Source: Prorocentrum cordatum
Taxonomy: Eukaryota
Length of the DNA stretch: 64,000 nt
Direction: 5' to 3'
NCBI GenBank assembly: GCA_963575745.1
Contig: CAUYUJ010000170.1
Span: 1 to 64,000 of the forward strand
Every line of letters begins with the position of its first letter. The first letter of the stretch is position 1. A program made the translations under genes and the position numbers. Under the pieces are notes generated by a model, which did no database searches, was not told the DNA's origin, and saw only the letters and a program-made list of their open reading frames with translations. Positions 1 through 11,600 of this stretch are shown here, one piece after another.

Positions 1-121
1 TAATGAGACGATGATGGTGATGACGATGATGACGATGATGACGATGACGATGATGATGATGATGATGGTGATGATGGTGGTGGTGGTGATTATCGTGGTA
101 ATGATGACGTGTGGTGATGAC

Positions 122-185
<64 letters not shown>

Positions 186-760
186 GTGGTGGCGTTGGTG
201 GCGATAATGAAAACAGGGGCGTTCATGGCTATGGTACGTAACGAGGCGGAGGGAGCGCACGGGGAGGGGACGAGCACGGGGAAGATGATCATCATGAGTA
301 CCCTGATGGTAAGGGGCGGCCAAGGGAGGCAAGGGCGATACACCGATGATGACGATGATGATGGCAATGGTAATGATGATGATGCTGTTGATGATGATTA
401 TGATGAGGATGCTGATGATGATGATGACGATAATGATGATAATAATAATAATGATAATAATAATAATAATAATGATGATGATGATGATGATGATGGCAAT
501 CAGGATGAAAAGGGGCAATGAGGATGAAAAGGAGCAGGACGAGGACGATGTAGAAGTGTGTGACCTGATGATGCATACGTGCTGATGGTGACGGTGACGG
601 TGGTGATGACTGCGACAACGGCGATGATGATGCTACAGAAGAGACGGAGTTGTTCGGTGATGCTTGTGATGAGTACTACGAGGGATGGTCATGATACGTA
701 CCACCGATCATCACGAAGATCCTCATTATCACCACCATCGCAATCATCATCGTATCCATC
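1..760. repeat. (GAT)n-type degenerate trinucleotide microsatellite
   Basis: Long runs of gat/gac/aat; the source of the poly-M/D/I/H ORFs. Confidence 0.95.
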
Positions 761-1279
761 ACAATACAATTTCATGGTTTGCAGCAAGACGCAATGATAG
801 AACGCAGCTGCAACTTTTTTTTTGCACCGGGGCTTGGTTTATCTGGGATTCCCGTAGAGAAGAATGCCCCCCCAACATGCGTGTATGCAGCTTGATGAAG
901 AAGGCGAAGCTGCATACAAACAACTTCGGGGCGGAATGCAATCGATACTGAACAGCACCTTTGACTTGTCATCGTCCGTCCGTACGCCCTGCGTGAGTGA
1001 CGCTACGCTTCCCGAGTACCATTTCACAAACAGTGCTTGCGCTTTGCGCTTAGGGGTTCGCACTTTTGTTCTCAAGGACTGGCCCGTGTCTTCGGTCTGG
1101 CAGCTATGTTGCCGCCGTCGCCGCCCCATCGCCGCCTCGTCGCCCCCCGTCGTCTGGGCCTGTCGGTCGGTCTGGCAGCTCTGTTGCCGCCGTCGCCGCC
1201 CCGTCGCCCCCCGTGTGTAGGTCAAGCAAACATGCTGCCGCCGTCGCCGCCCCGTCGCCACCTCGTCGCCGCCTTACAC

Positions 1280-1500
1280 TGCACAACACAGATTGCGCCG
1301 ACTATATAGTCCCAGGAATACTGTACCAAATACACTGCACCACATACGCCGCCCCACAGAAATTGCATCACATAAATTGCACCACATGGGTTGCACCACG
1401 CACGTTGCACCAACTCGATTACACCACGCAGGTTGCACCACATAGATTGCACGACATATGCGGCACCACATACGCAGCACCACGTAGATTGCACCACATA
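1280..1500. repeat. Degenerate (ttgcaccacatag)-like short-period repeat; inverted relatives at ~60090-60420 and ~62385-62530
   Basis: Recurrent gcaccac(a/g) motif here, and its complement gtggtgc at the other sites. Confidence 0.75.
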
Positions 1501-2810
1501 AATTCTCCATTTCCCAATTAATAGAGTCTACCCCCCGGGGATTATCCGGTCCATTTTTTCGTATAGCACTTTATAGATGGTTCTGCCCCATGGCCCATCC
1601 GAAATATGAGCTCGCACCATCCGACGGGGGCTGTCATCCCCCCCCAGCCATCCTCAGCCAACATGCTATGCGAGCGCATTCGTTTATCAAAAAACATGAG
1701 TTTTTAAACATCCCATGCAACAGAAGAAACGAAGGACATACGCACGCGTGATCGAGCGCGCTTGCCGAGATACTTCAAACACCCTAGGTTTCGCAAGGAT
1801 TTCGAAATCAAATGTCCGAACAACACATAAAGCATACGGTTTCGCAACACCGATTTTCAAAAACAACTTGCGCGCGCGATCTTGCGAATTCTTCACAAAA
1901 CCATCGGTTTTCCCGAAATTGCAAAACATGCTACGAAACGGGCTTCGCGCGCGCGCAAATCCATCGCGGGGACCCGTCGGAAAATACTGGACGAAGTGCA
2001 CGCGCGCGCATCGTCGCGCGCGCATGCCGGAATCCGTCGAAAACCTTCGGTGTCGTAGCGAATTCACAACCGATTGTCCAGAACACATATGAAAACACAT
2101 GGTTTCGCACCATCAGTTTTTTAATAAAAAAGCGTGCGTTCGCGCTCTTGCGAGTTCCTCAAACAAACCATAGGCTTCTCAGAATTTGGATGGAATTCTG
2201 CCAAACGCGACTTTGGCACCGCACGCCGACATCATTCGCGCGCTCTTGCGCGCGTGCTGGGGGGGCACGATCCGTGTCAAATAACACCACGCAGGCCACT
2301 TTCGCACGTCGGCCGCGCGCGCATGCCGAACTCTTCCCAAAACCTTCCTCGCCGACGCGGGGACGCCGTCATCGTCGTCGGCGTGATCAGCATCGGCGCC
2401 CGCACTGGCCGCGCCGTCGTCGCTGTCAGCATCGCCACCAGCATCGCTACTATCATCATCCTGTCTACCGTTGTCGGCGATGCCATGATGCCGCGCCCGC
2501 CCAAGTCGCCGACTCGCACTGAAGTGCCCGCTGGGGTGTGCCCAGCGGTCAGCGCCACCGCGGCCGCGTCGGTCGCGCCAAACCAGCTGGCAGCTGCGCG
2601 CGCGTGTTGAGTTGGCCCGGCCGCAAAGATGGACCAGCCAACGCCAAGCATGCATCGCAATCGCCACCGCATGGGTTTTGCAAACCAAGTTGCGGGTGGG
2701 TGGGTGTGAGGTCTGCAAGAACATGGGATGTGTCAACTCGTTTGTTAAAATAAATTGCTCCGCGTAGAATTCACAACGGTTGCGCTGTGGGGCGCATGCA
2801 GCGTGGTGGA

Positions 2811-3080
2811 GACGACACAAGAACAACCGGCCCCCAAGTACTTGTCCGCGAATTCGTTCGAGAGGTACACGCCTGGATCAACGTGACCACAGGCAGCATG
2901 ACCCCCTCCCAACAGGCGGCGGCACTGCAGCGCGGTCTGGGAGGCCTCGCACGGACCATAGCCGTGAGAGTACCCCCCTCAGTCATCAACGTTGGCGTTA
3001 ATATTGGCGGCTGCCACACTGATGGCGTCATCTATCTCATGTTCCTCCTCAGTACGAAGTTTGAGAACTTAAAGGAGGAA
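2811..3080 (+). mobile_element. Fragment resembling the N-terminal gag region of dinoflagellate Copia-type LTR retrotransposons
   Basis: Non-repetitive peptide VREFVREVHAWINVT..QQAAALQRGLGGLARTIAVR..DGVIYLMFLLSTKFENLKEE embedded in repeats. The resemblance is from memory, not a search. No pol or LTR seen. Confidence 0.45.
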
Positions 3081-4639
3081 TGCCAACACAATCCGGGAAC
3101 GGCTCTCATTGATTTTTGCGTCCATGCACCACGTAAATTCCTGCACCTGGTTGCTCCACGTACATTGCACCACATCGATTTCTAGAAACACTCCGTTTAA
3201 GGTACACGCTGGCCAACATTCTAATGATTCGAAATTCTACGAACAGGAAAACTAGCTATCCGCCGACCCCCGCTGGTCGGGGGTGCAAAGGCGTGTGAGA
3301 TGGTTGACTGCTTCCCTCCCCCGCTCCCCCTTCCCCACCCAGGGTCCAAAATCGAGTGTCGAGGGTGCGGGGGGGAAGCGGGCACGAGCTCCTCAACGCT
3401 CCATCCAAACTCAGTACCGGTCGCCTCCGAGACGCCCAAGATGCTTTCCAAGACGGCGCAAGCCCAGCTCGCCGAAAGATGACCCCAAGAGGACCCCCTC
3501 GAGGGTCGCAAGAGTTAACAAATCATTGATTATGCGAGTATGGTTTGACTGGTTTCGTGTTCTCGCATGTTCGGGCGTGCGGGCGTCAGCAAAGAAGCAA
3601 CAAACGGCGCAACGGGCCGCAAATAGGGCAGCAAATAGGGCCTGGAGGCAGCCCAAAAAGCCGCAAGACGGCGCAATCTACCTCCAAGACGACATCAACA
3701 ACCCTCAAGAGGCCCCGAGCAAGGCCCAGGAGCGGCCCAAGAGGGGGAACCCGAGAGGACCACAGGATGCCTCCCCCGCAAGATGACCCCCAAGACCCCC
3801 GCCATGATCCGAAGAGGCCCTCGAACAAAAAAACCATAGGGACCCCCTAGCCACACAGGGCGTTTGGAGAAGCTCCACAGGGCCGCCCCCTAGGTCTCCA
3901 AAAGGCACCGAAGAAACCCTGCAACAGACACGGAAGAGGAGGAGGAGGAGGAGGAGGAGGAGGAGGAGGAGCAGGAGGACGAATCACAGTCAGCTAGGCG
4001 GGAAGTGGCATAACGACACACGTACACACGCACACGGAGCCGGACTCCGCTCGTGTCCCCTTTCTGGGGGCCCGGCGGAACGGCGCAGGCCTCCTGCTCC
4101 GTGCGGGTGCCATTGATGTGCCCAACGGTTCCCATGCTGACGCTGCCGTATGCTGGGCCATGCTATGATCAGCGCTGCTACGATGCATTGCGCTGTGATC
4201 TGGTGATGGGCTACGCTGTGCACTGTCACGGCTGATACTGCTGCGTCGTGTCATACTATGGTATGCTGCGATGCGACTTCACATTGGCCAGTGCGAGTGT
4301 CATATCACGTTGTGCTAGTGGGTGTTGGGACATGCTACGCTGCACCACGATACTTCGATGGCAATGCTACCATGTGTTGCAGCATGCTTGGGTAGTGCTA
4401 GACTGTTCGATTATGTGGGACACCCCGCTGTAACACACTCTGCCTTATTGTGTTATGCCGTAACATGCTAAACATGAGGTGCTTTGTTATACCGTGACCC
4501 ACTTCACTGAGTAATGGCTTGGTCGAAGCACGAAACCTCAGCGCGACCCAACGTATGAGGTCGAACATCTTACACTACCGTTTCGGAAAGCACCCCTGAG
4601 CAACGCAAGATAATCCCATACAACGAATTGCTTGGTTGC

Positions 4640-5110
4640 TTCGCGTTGTTTGGCATTCCTTAGTATTGACTGTGCGTTGCCTGCCATCGCTTGGAGTTGC
4701 TCGGCATTGCTCGGCATTGCGTTGCACGCATTGGCATTGCTCAACATTGTTCAGCATGCCTTGGCATTGCTTGGGATTGTTTGGCACTGTTTGATGTTAA
4801 TTTGCGTTGTTTGACTCTGCTGGGCGCTGATTGTCATGGATTGGTATTCGCTTCGCGTTGCTTGGCACCGCTTGGAGTTGCTCGGTATTGCTTGGCATTG
4901 CTTGTCCTTGCTTTGCGTTGCTTTGCATTGCTTGGCATTGCTCGGTATTGCTTGGCATTGCTTGACGTTGCTTGGCACTGCTCGGCGCTGCGTGGCATTC
5001 ATCAGTGTTGCTGGGCATTGTTTGGCATTGGTTGGCATTGCTTAGCGTTGCACGGTATTGCTTGGCGTTGCTCGGCAGTGTTTGGCTTTGGCTTTGCGCT
5101 GCGTGGCAAC
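4640..5110. repeat. 10-bp tandem repeat (cttggcattg)n, degenerate
   Basis: Repeated gcttggcatt/gctcggcatt units. Confidence 0.9.
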
Positions 5111-5359
5111 CCCGAGAATCGCCGGGGGACCCCATGCTAAGCAAGGCCAAGCAATTCCAAGCCATGCCGAACAACCCCGAGCAACCCTGGGCAAGCAACT
5201 GGGCGACGCCAGACCGCACCTCTGACGAAAGGCGTCGCACCTACTGGCTTCCTTCACTAACACATGAAATCCCATTCGGTAAGCCTGATACTGAAAAAAA
5301 CGCTGCCAACCAATGCATATCGAACGTCGTGATGTTCTTACGACGTCGGATCTGGGGGT

Positions 5360-6000
5360 TCTCCTCCTCCTCCTCCTCCTCCTCCTCCTCCTCCTCCTCC
5401 TCCTCCTGCTGCTCCTTCTCTTCCTCCTTCTCCTGCTCCTCCTCCCCCTCCTCCTCCTCCTCTTACCTCCTACCTCCTCCTCCGCCTCCCGCCTCCGCCT
5501 CCGCCTCCGCCCCTCCTCCTTCTCCTCGTCTCCTCCTTCATCCTCGTCCTCCTCTTCCTCCTCCTCCTCCTCCCTCCTCCCTCTCCTCCTCCTCCTCCCT
5601 CCTTCTCCCATCCTCCCTCTCCTGCTCCTACCTGCTCCTCCTGCTCCTCCTGCTCCTCCTGCTCCTGCTCCTGCTCCAGCTCCTCCTCCTCCTCCTCCTC
5701 CTCCTCCTCCTCCTCCTCCTCCTCCTCCTCCTCCTCCTCCTCCTCCTCCTCCTCCTCCTCCCCCCACTCGACCTGAGAACTCTACTGGGGGAGTGTTCAT
5801 TCAAACCTTCGTGCGCATCCAGCATCCACCAATGGCGACAAGCGCGCCCTCAAAGGCCTAGAAAGACAGATGATCGTCATGGATGTCCCATCCACTGTTT
5901 TCCTCCCTCTCTCCCCCTCCTCCTCCTCCTCCTCCTCCTCCTCCTCCTCCTCCTCCTCGTCCTCGTCCTCCTCCTCTTCACTCCATCTCCTTCTCCTGCA
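5360..6000. repeat. (CCT)n polypyrimidine microsatellite
   Basis: Near-pure cct runs. Similar tracts at ~8880-9630, 13955-14460, 22110-22370, 23590-23980 and 59710-59900. Confidence 0.95.
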
Positions 6001-6199
6001 GCTCAAGAACCCTGACATCTGACGTCGTGCATTCTTCGCAATGTGGCTCCCCAGAGGTCTGGGCATCTCCACGGGGGCCAGTTTTGATCCAGAACTTTGA
6101 ATAGAGCCTTCTGGTCTCCAAGGGCCTCCTCCTCCTCCTCACCCTCTTTCTCCCCCTCCCTCTCCTCCTCGTTCTTGCCTCCCTCGTCCTACCTTTCCT

Positions 6200-6620
6200 G
6201 CCGTGGGGTTGCGAACTGCGCGACCGTCGCCACATGCGTGAGCTCCTGGAAGGTCCAGCGGGGTGGGTAGTCACGCCTGGGGGGATGCGATCTGCGCAAC
6301 AGTCGCCCTGTTCGTGGGCTCCTGGGAGGTCCAGCGGAATGGGTATTCACACAGACCCCTGCGAGACCTCGCGGCTCCCTGGGGGGCTACGAATTGTGCA
6401 AATGTCGCCACTTGCGTGGGCTCCAGGGAGGTCCAGCGGAATGGGCAGTCACGAAAACTCTCGCGGCTCCCTGGGGTAAACGTCGCCACTTTCACGCTCC
6501 TGGGGGTCCAGCGGGGTGAGTCGTCATGCACACCCCTGCGAGACATCGCGGCTCCCTGGGGGGCTGCTTCCAGCAGGGTGAGCAGTCACGCAGACCCCTG
6601 CGAGACCTCCGGAACCCAGA
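6200..6620 (+). repeat. ~105-bp tandem repeat family (gcgaactgcgcaaccgtcgcc...gggaggtccagcgga), array 1
   Basis: About 4 degenerate units; same family as 60560-61300. Confidence 0.8.
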
Positions 6621-7204
6621 CTAGACCTCGGCGTTTCTCCGCCTCCCCCCCTCCACGTCTGTCCCCCATTCTGCGTTCGTTGTCATCCTTGTCGTCGCCG
6701 TCCCGTTCATCATCTAAGCTGCGCAGGTGTGCGACGCGCGTGGCCCGACATCGTTTGGCGAAGCAGTTCGGAGTGCTGCTTATTTCGCAACGTGCTCTTT
6801 TGTGTGGAGCGTTCATATGAACAGTCGCCTCGCGTGAAGGAGCTGGGTACGTCTCGGGTTCGGATGCATTTGCTTGACTGTCCCCAAGCCTTGCGCCCCC
6901 CCCCAACCCCCACCCAAGAATTGGAAAATTCATGAATGCCCCACCCTCGTGGTTTCTTCGCGACGCGAAAATTTCAACAGGACGGCCACTAATCGAATCG
7001 ATAAGTCGGCTTAGCGATCGAAATGGAACGGGTCGGTGGACATCGGAAGCCAAGTCGGGAGAAATCGAATCGGCAGAAATCGGCGGGCCAGTAAGGCCCC
7101 CCTTGGAGAACGAAGTCCACATCGGAATCGATCGACACTGGACCGAACCGAGTCGGCGGAATCGAAATGAGCCCCGTGTCAGCGAATCGGGAGAGCGGGC
7201 GATG

Positions 7205-7263
7205 CTCCAGAGGGAACCCGTCGATGTCGCACTCCATCGCCTCCCCGTCCAGCTCGTCCGCGC
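7205..7263 (-). CDS. Exon E of putative U2SURP/SR140/RRC1-like splicing factor (GADELDGEAMECDIDG[FPLE])
   Basis: Acceptor CCGCAG|GC. Phase-1 start matches exon D. GC3 very high. ELDGEAM/DIDG resembles the DLDGxP acidic repeats of U2SURP. Donor uncertain; a GT donor would end the exon at 7218. Confidence 0.65.
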
Positions 7264-8444
7264 CTGCGGCGGCGCTCGGGGAGGGCGGCCACGCTCGCCA
7301 GCGGTGCTGAGGGAAGATGGCCCCATACCACCACCGCCGAGCACCCAAAGGCGGCGAGAAGGACAAGCATATCTATATATATACATATATATATATACAC
7401 GCATCGAGAGAGAGAGAGAGACACACAAGCGTTTGCAAACATAGTAATTAACGAGAGGGAGAGGGAGGAAGGTGGGGACAAAGACGAGGAGAGGAGGCCG
7501 AGAGGTACGCGGAGACGAAGGAAGAGATGAGGCTGAGACTGGAAGAGGTAAAGAGAGAGAGAGAGAGATGAATACATACAGAAAGACTACGAGTAATACA
7601 CATTAACTACTGGAGTCACGCCGCGCCTCTGGCGCTGAGGTGTTAGTAGTCGGGCGCATTCGCAACGGCCGTTCCAAGGAGAAAAGCACTGATGACCAAT
7701 CTGAAAGAGGCCACCGGAAAAAATACTTCACGAGTCGAAAAAGAGATCACAAATAAGGAACGCTTGGGAAAGCCACGCTGGTAGCCATTTGGAGCTGTCT
7801 TGGGCTCTAGACGACAAGTCTCTGCTCTACGCTGTCTTGGGCTACATAGCCTCTGCCCGACGACCTTGTGGAATCCGTGGATAAGGAAGACGGGCCCCTG
7901 TGCCAGCAGGCGTTCAAGGAGGGGCATGTCTCACCCTTGGCTGTAAGAGCAGTGAAGACCTCACGGGAAGAACCCAAGGGATAAGCGTTCGCTCGCACGT
8001 GGACGGGTTTCACAACACACACACACACGCACACAAACACACACCTTGAGACGCCTCGCGCCTTCCTAGCGAAGAGTAAAAGGGCTCTTGGAACCGTTGC
8101 CCATAAACCTTAAAGTGTCTCCATGCTCCCTCCAGAGCCCATTGGCTTGGCCTCTTGAATTCCTTGCAGCGTTCCCCGGGTTCTCTTCGGACCGTCGCTT
8201 GTGCCTATGAGGCTGCTTCTTATGGCCCCTTAGTACGCTCCTGGAGCCTCTGGAGGGCCTGCTGGCCAGCCCTCCCAAGCCTGACCCCAACACGATTCCG
8301 TCGCGAGACCCCCTCTAGATCTAACGACAATGACAACCCAAAAGACAATCCCTGGAAAAAAACCTGAGGACCGCGCCGTCCTGCACACGTCGAACCTCAA
8401 GCGCATCGGCACCGCTGGATGCTGGACACCGCATCGGCACCCCT

Positions 8445-8830
8445 GAGGCCATCTTGGGAACGTCTTCGGGGCCGGCGTGGGCTACCTTGAGCTCTGCGGG
8501 CCCTATTTGGGGTGTTCGGGGCCCTCTTGCCGCCTCTGAGGCTATCTTGGGAACGTCTTCGGGGCCGGCATGGGCTACCTTGAGCTCTGCGGGCCCTATT
8601 CGGGGTGTTTGGGGCCCTCTTGCCGCCTCGGAGGCCATCTTGGGAACGTATTCGGGGCCGGCATGGGCTAGCTTGAGCTCTTCGGGCCTCGGGGGGGTTG
8701 GGGCCCTCTTGCCGCCTCGGAGGCCATCTTGGGAACGTATTCGGGGCCGGCATGGGCTAGCTTGAGCTCTGCGGGCCCTGTTCGGGGTGCTCGGGGCCCT
8801 CTTGCCGCCTCGGGGGCCGCCTCGGGAGGC
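8445..8830. repeat. ~90-bp tandem repeat, about 4 units
   Basis: ggccatcttgggaacgt(c/a)ttcggggccggcatgggcta(c/g)cttgagctct repeated. Confidence 0.9.
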
Positions 8831-10169
8831 TTCTGGGGGCCCGGGGAGAGAGAGCGGAGATGCCAAGACCGGGCGTGGGTCCCTCCCTCCCTCCCTCCCT
8901 CCCTCCTCCCTTCTTTCCCTCCCTCCCTCCCAAATTGCTCCAAAATCCCCTCCCTCCCTCACCGCCCCTCTCCCCTCCCTCACCTCCCCCTCCCTCCGTT
9001 CCACCCCCCATCCCCATCTCCTTCCTATCTCCCTCCCTCCCGCCCCGCACCCTCCCTCCCCTCCCTCTCGGCCCTCCCTCCCTCGCCTTCCTCCATTCCT
9101 CTCTTCCTCTCTCCCTCCCTCCATCCTCTCCTCAGTCCTCTCTTCCCTCCATCCCTCCCTCCACACTGTCTTCCCCTCCACCCCTCCCTCCCTTCTCCCT
9201 CCCTATCTCCCTCCCCTCCACCCCCTCCCACCCTTCTCTCCCTCCCTAAACCCAGCCTTCCCTCCCTTCCTCCCTTCCTTCCGGCCTCCTCCTATCCCTC
9301 CTCCAGTTCCCCTCCTCCTTCCCTCCTTTTCCCTTCTTTTCCTCCTCGTCCCTCCTCCTCCTCCTCCTCCTCCTCCTCCTCCTCTTCCTGCTCCTCCTCC
9401 GCCACCTCCTGTCTTCCACCCCCCTCCTCCTCCTCCTCCGCCTCCGCCTCCTCCTCCTCCTCCTCCTCCTCCCTTCCTCCTCCTCCTCCTCCTCCTCCCC
9501 CATGCCCCTCCCCCTCCTCCCCCTCCCCCTCTCCTCCTCATCCCCCTCCTCTTCCTCCTTCTTCTCCTCCTCCTCCTACTACTCCTCCTCCTTAGTCCTC
9601 ACTCCTCTCTCCTCACTCCTCACTGCTCCTCCGCCAATATGTTCTTCGATCCGCGGCCCCAGGTGCTCTGGTCACTTCCCCCGAAGCAGTCTTCCGCCGG
9701 GAGCCCGTCTTTGATGGGCCAGGGACCGACGACGGCCCCGGGGGCCAAGATGGAAGAGCAACTGCCAGTTGAAAGCTCAGATCGTCGGGGATCGGACGCC
9801 GCGGAACAAGCCGCAGCATCGTCGAGGCTCACCACCAGAACCCCAGACCCCATCCTCCCGCGGCGCTCCTCGAGCCCCTGTCGACCTGCGAGCGGCCCAG
9901 GAAGCCCGAACTGGGCGAGAACGCCCAGTTCGAAACAAAATTGCAGCGCTCGGGTCTCACAGGGAGGGTGGGGGGCAACCCTGAGCGGTTCCCAGATCTC
10001 CGACGTCGTCACCTTTTCACAACGCCAGCCCTGGGAGGCTTACGGTCGGACCGAGGCATAAGATCGAGGTCGGCTCGGGGAGGGTACCCTGATGTGTTTC
10101 GTGCTTGTTGGGTGTTCTTGTGCATCCTGGGGGAGGACACACTCGAGAACTCTCGAAGGCCTCATGTTT

Positions 10170-10490
10170 TTGACATTGTTGTTGATGATGATGATGCTGC
10201 TGATGATGATGATGACGATAATGATGGTGATGACGATGATTGTGATGATGATGGCGATGATGACGATGATGATGATTATGCTGTTGATGACGAGGCTGAT
10301 GGTAATGATGATGATGCTGCTGATGACGATGATGATGAATATGATCTTCATGATGGTGAGTATGAGTATGATGCTGATGACGAGGATTATGGTGAGGATG
10401 ATGATAATACTGCTGCTGCTGATGACAATGATGATGCTGATGCTGATGCTGCTGATGATGATGCTCATGTTGATGATGATGTTGTTGGTG
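10170..10490. repeat. (GAT)n microsatellite
   Basis: gatgatgat/gctgat runs. Confidence 0.9.
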
Positions 10491-11484
10491 TTGAACTCTC
10501 ATTTCTGACAAATAATTATTGTTGATCCCCCCACCGGCGCATACTGCTTTTTCAATCAAACTGTGCCCCTCGACGCTCGCACCTTGTTTCTTGACAGGGG
10601 AAATCTTGATGCTCAAACTGGGCCCCCGGCCCCCCGGATTACAACAACAACCGCTCCCGCTTGAGACTTCCTTACAATTTAGCCAGGACCGCCGCTCCCC
10701 CCCCCGAGATTCCTTCACATTTTATTCAGGAATCGCGCTCTCGCTTGGGACTTCCTTACCACTTATTCAGGAATCGCTCTCCCGGCGCCCTGGGGTCGCG
10801 CTCTCGCTGGAGACTTGCTTGCAATTTACTGAAGAATAGCGCCGTTGCCTTGGAATTTCTTGCAATTTGCTCAAGCGGCGCGCTCCCGACACCCAGGCAC
10901 CCAGGAGTCGCGCCCGTTGTGGCCCCATGTGCATGCCCTTCGTGGCCCCGCTGTCGCCGTTTGTGGCCCCCTCAGTCCTACGTGGCCCAGTTGCTACCCT
11001 CAGTGGCCCCATCGTTTCCTTCTGTGGCCCCGCATTATCTGCCCTTCGTGGCCCCCGCTTGTTCGCGCTCTTCGTGGCCCCATACGCATTCCCTTCATGT
11101 CCCCGCTGTCGCCCTTCGTGGCCTACTTCGTGTCCTTCGTGGCCCTGCTGTCGTTCTCTCTCGCTCTCGCTTTTGCTCGTCGTCGCCGTCGTCGTCGTCG
11201 TCGCCGTTGTCGTCGACGTCGTCGTCGTCGTCGCGGTCGGTCCCCTGTCCGTCCCTCTTGGGGTCGGGTCGACGGTCCGCGGCTGCCCCGCCGATCAGCG
11301 CTGCCGCTGGCCAGGCCGACGGTCCGCGGCCGCCCCGCCGCTTGCCGGGCCCCGGCCTGCAGGGAAGAAAGGAATACCCCCCAAAAGGGGTTCGATCGAA
11401 AACGAAGGGGGTGGGTTATCGAGGGTTTGGGAAGTGCGCGTTATTGGACACTCGAGCATGTAAGGGCGAACGGTCTTAAAATGA

Positions 11485-11506
11485 GTATTGTTGTTGTTGC
11501 TGTTGC

Positions 11507-11579
<73 letters not shown>

Positions 11580-11600
11580 ATTGTTATTGTTCTTGTTTTT
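11485..11600. repeat. (GTT)n microsatellite
   Basis: Near-perfect gtt run. Confidence 0.95.

Noticed and set aside
7781..7810. Relict SL (gtagccatttgg..ttgggctctag); also gcaatttgctcaag at ~10862 and tggctcaag at ~11942
   Set aside because: Partial matches with no credible downstream ORF; could be chance.
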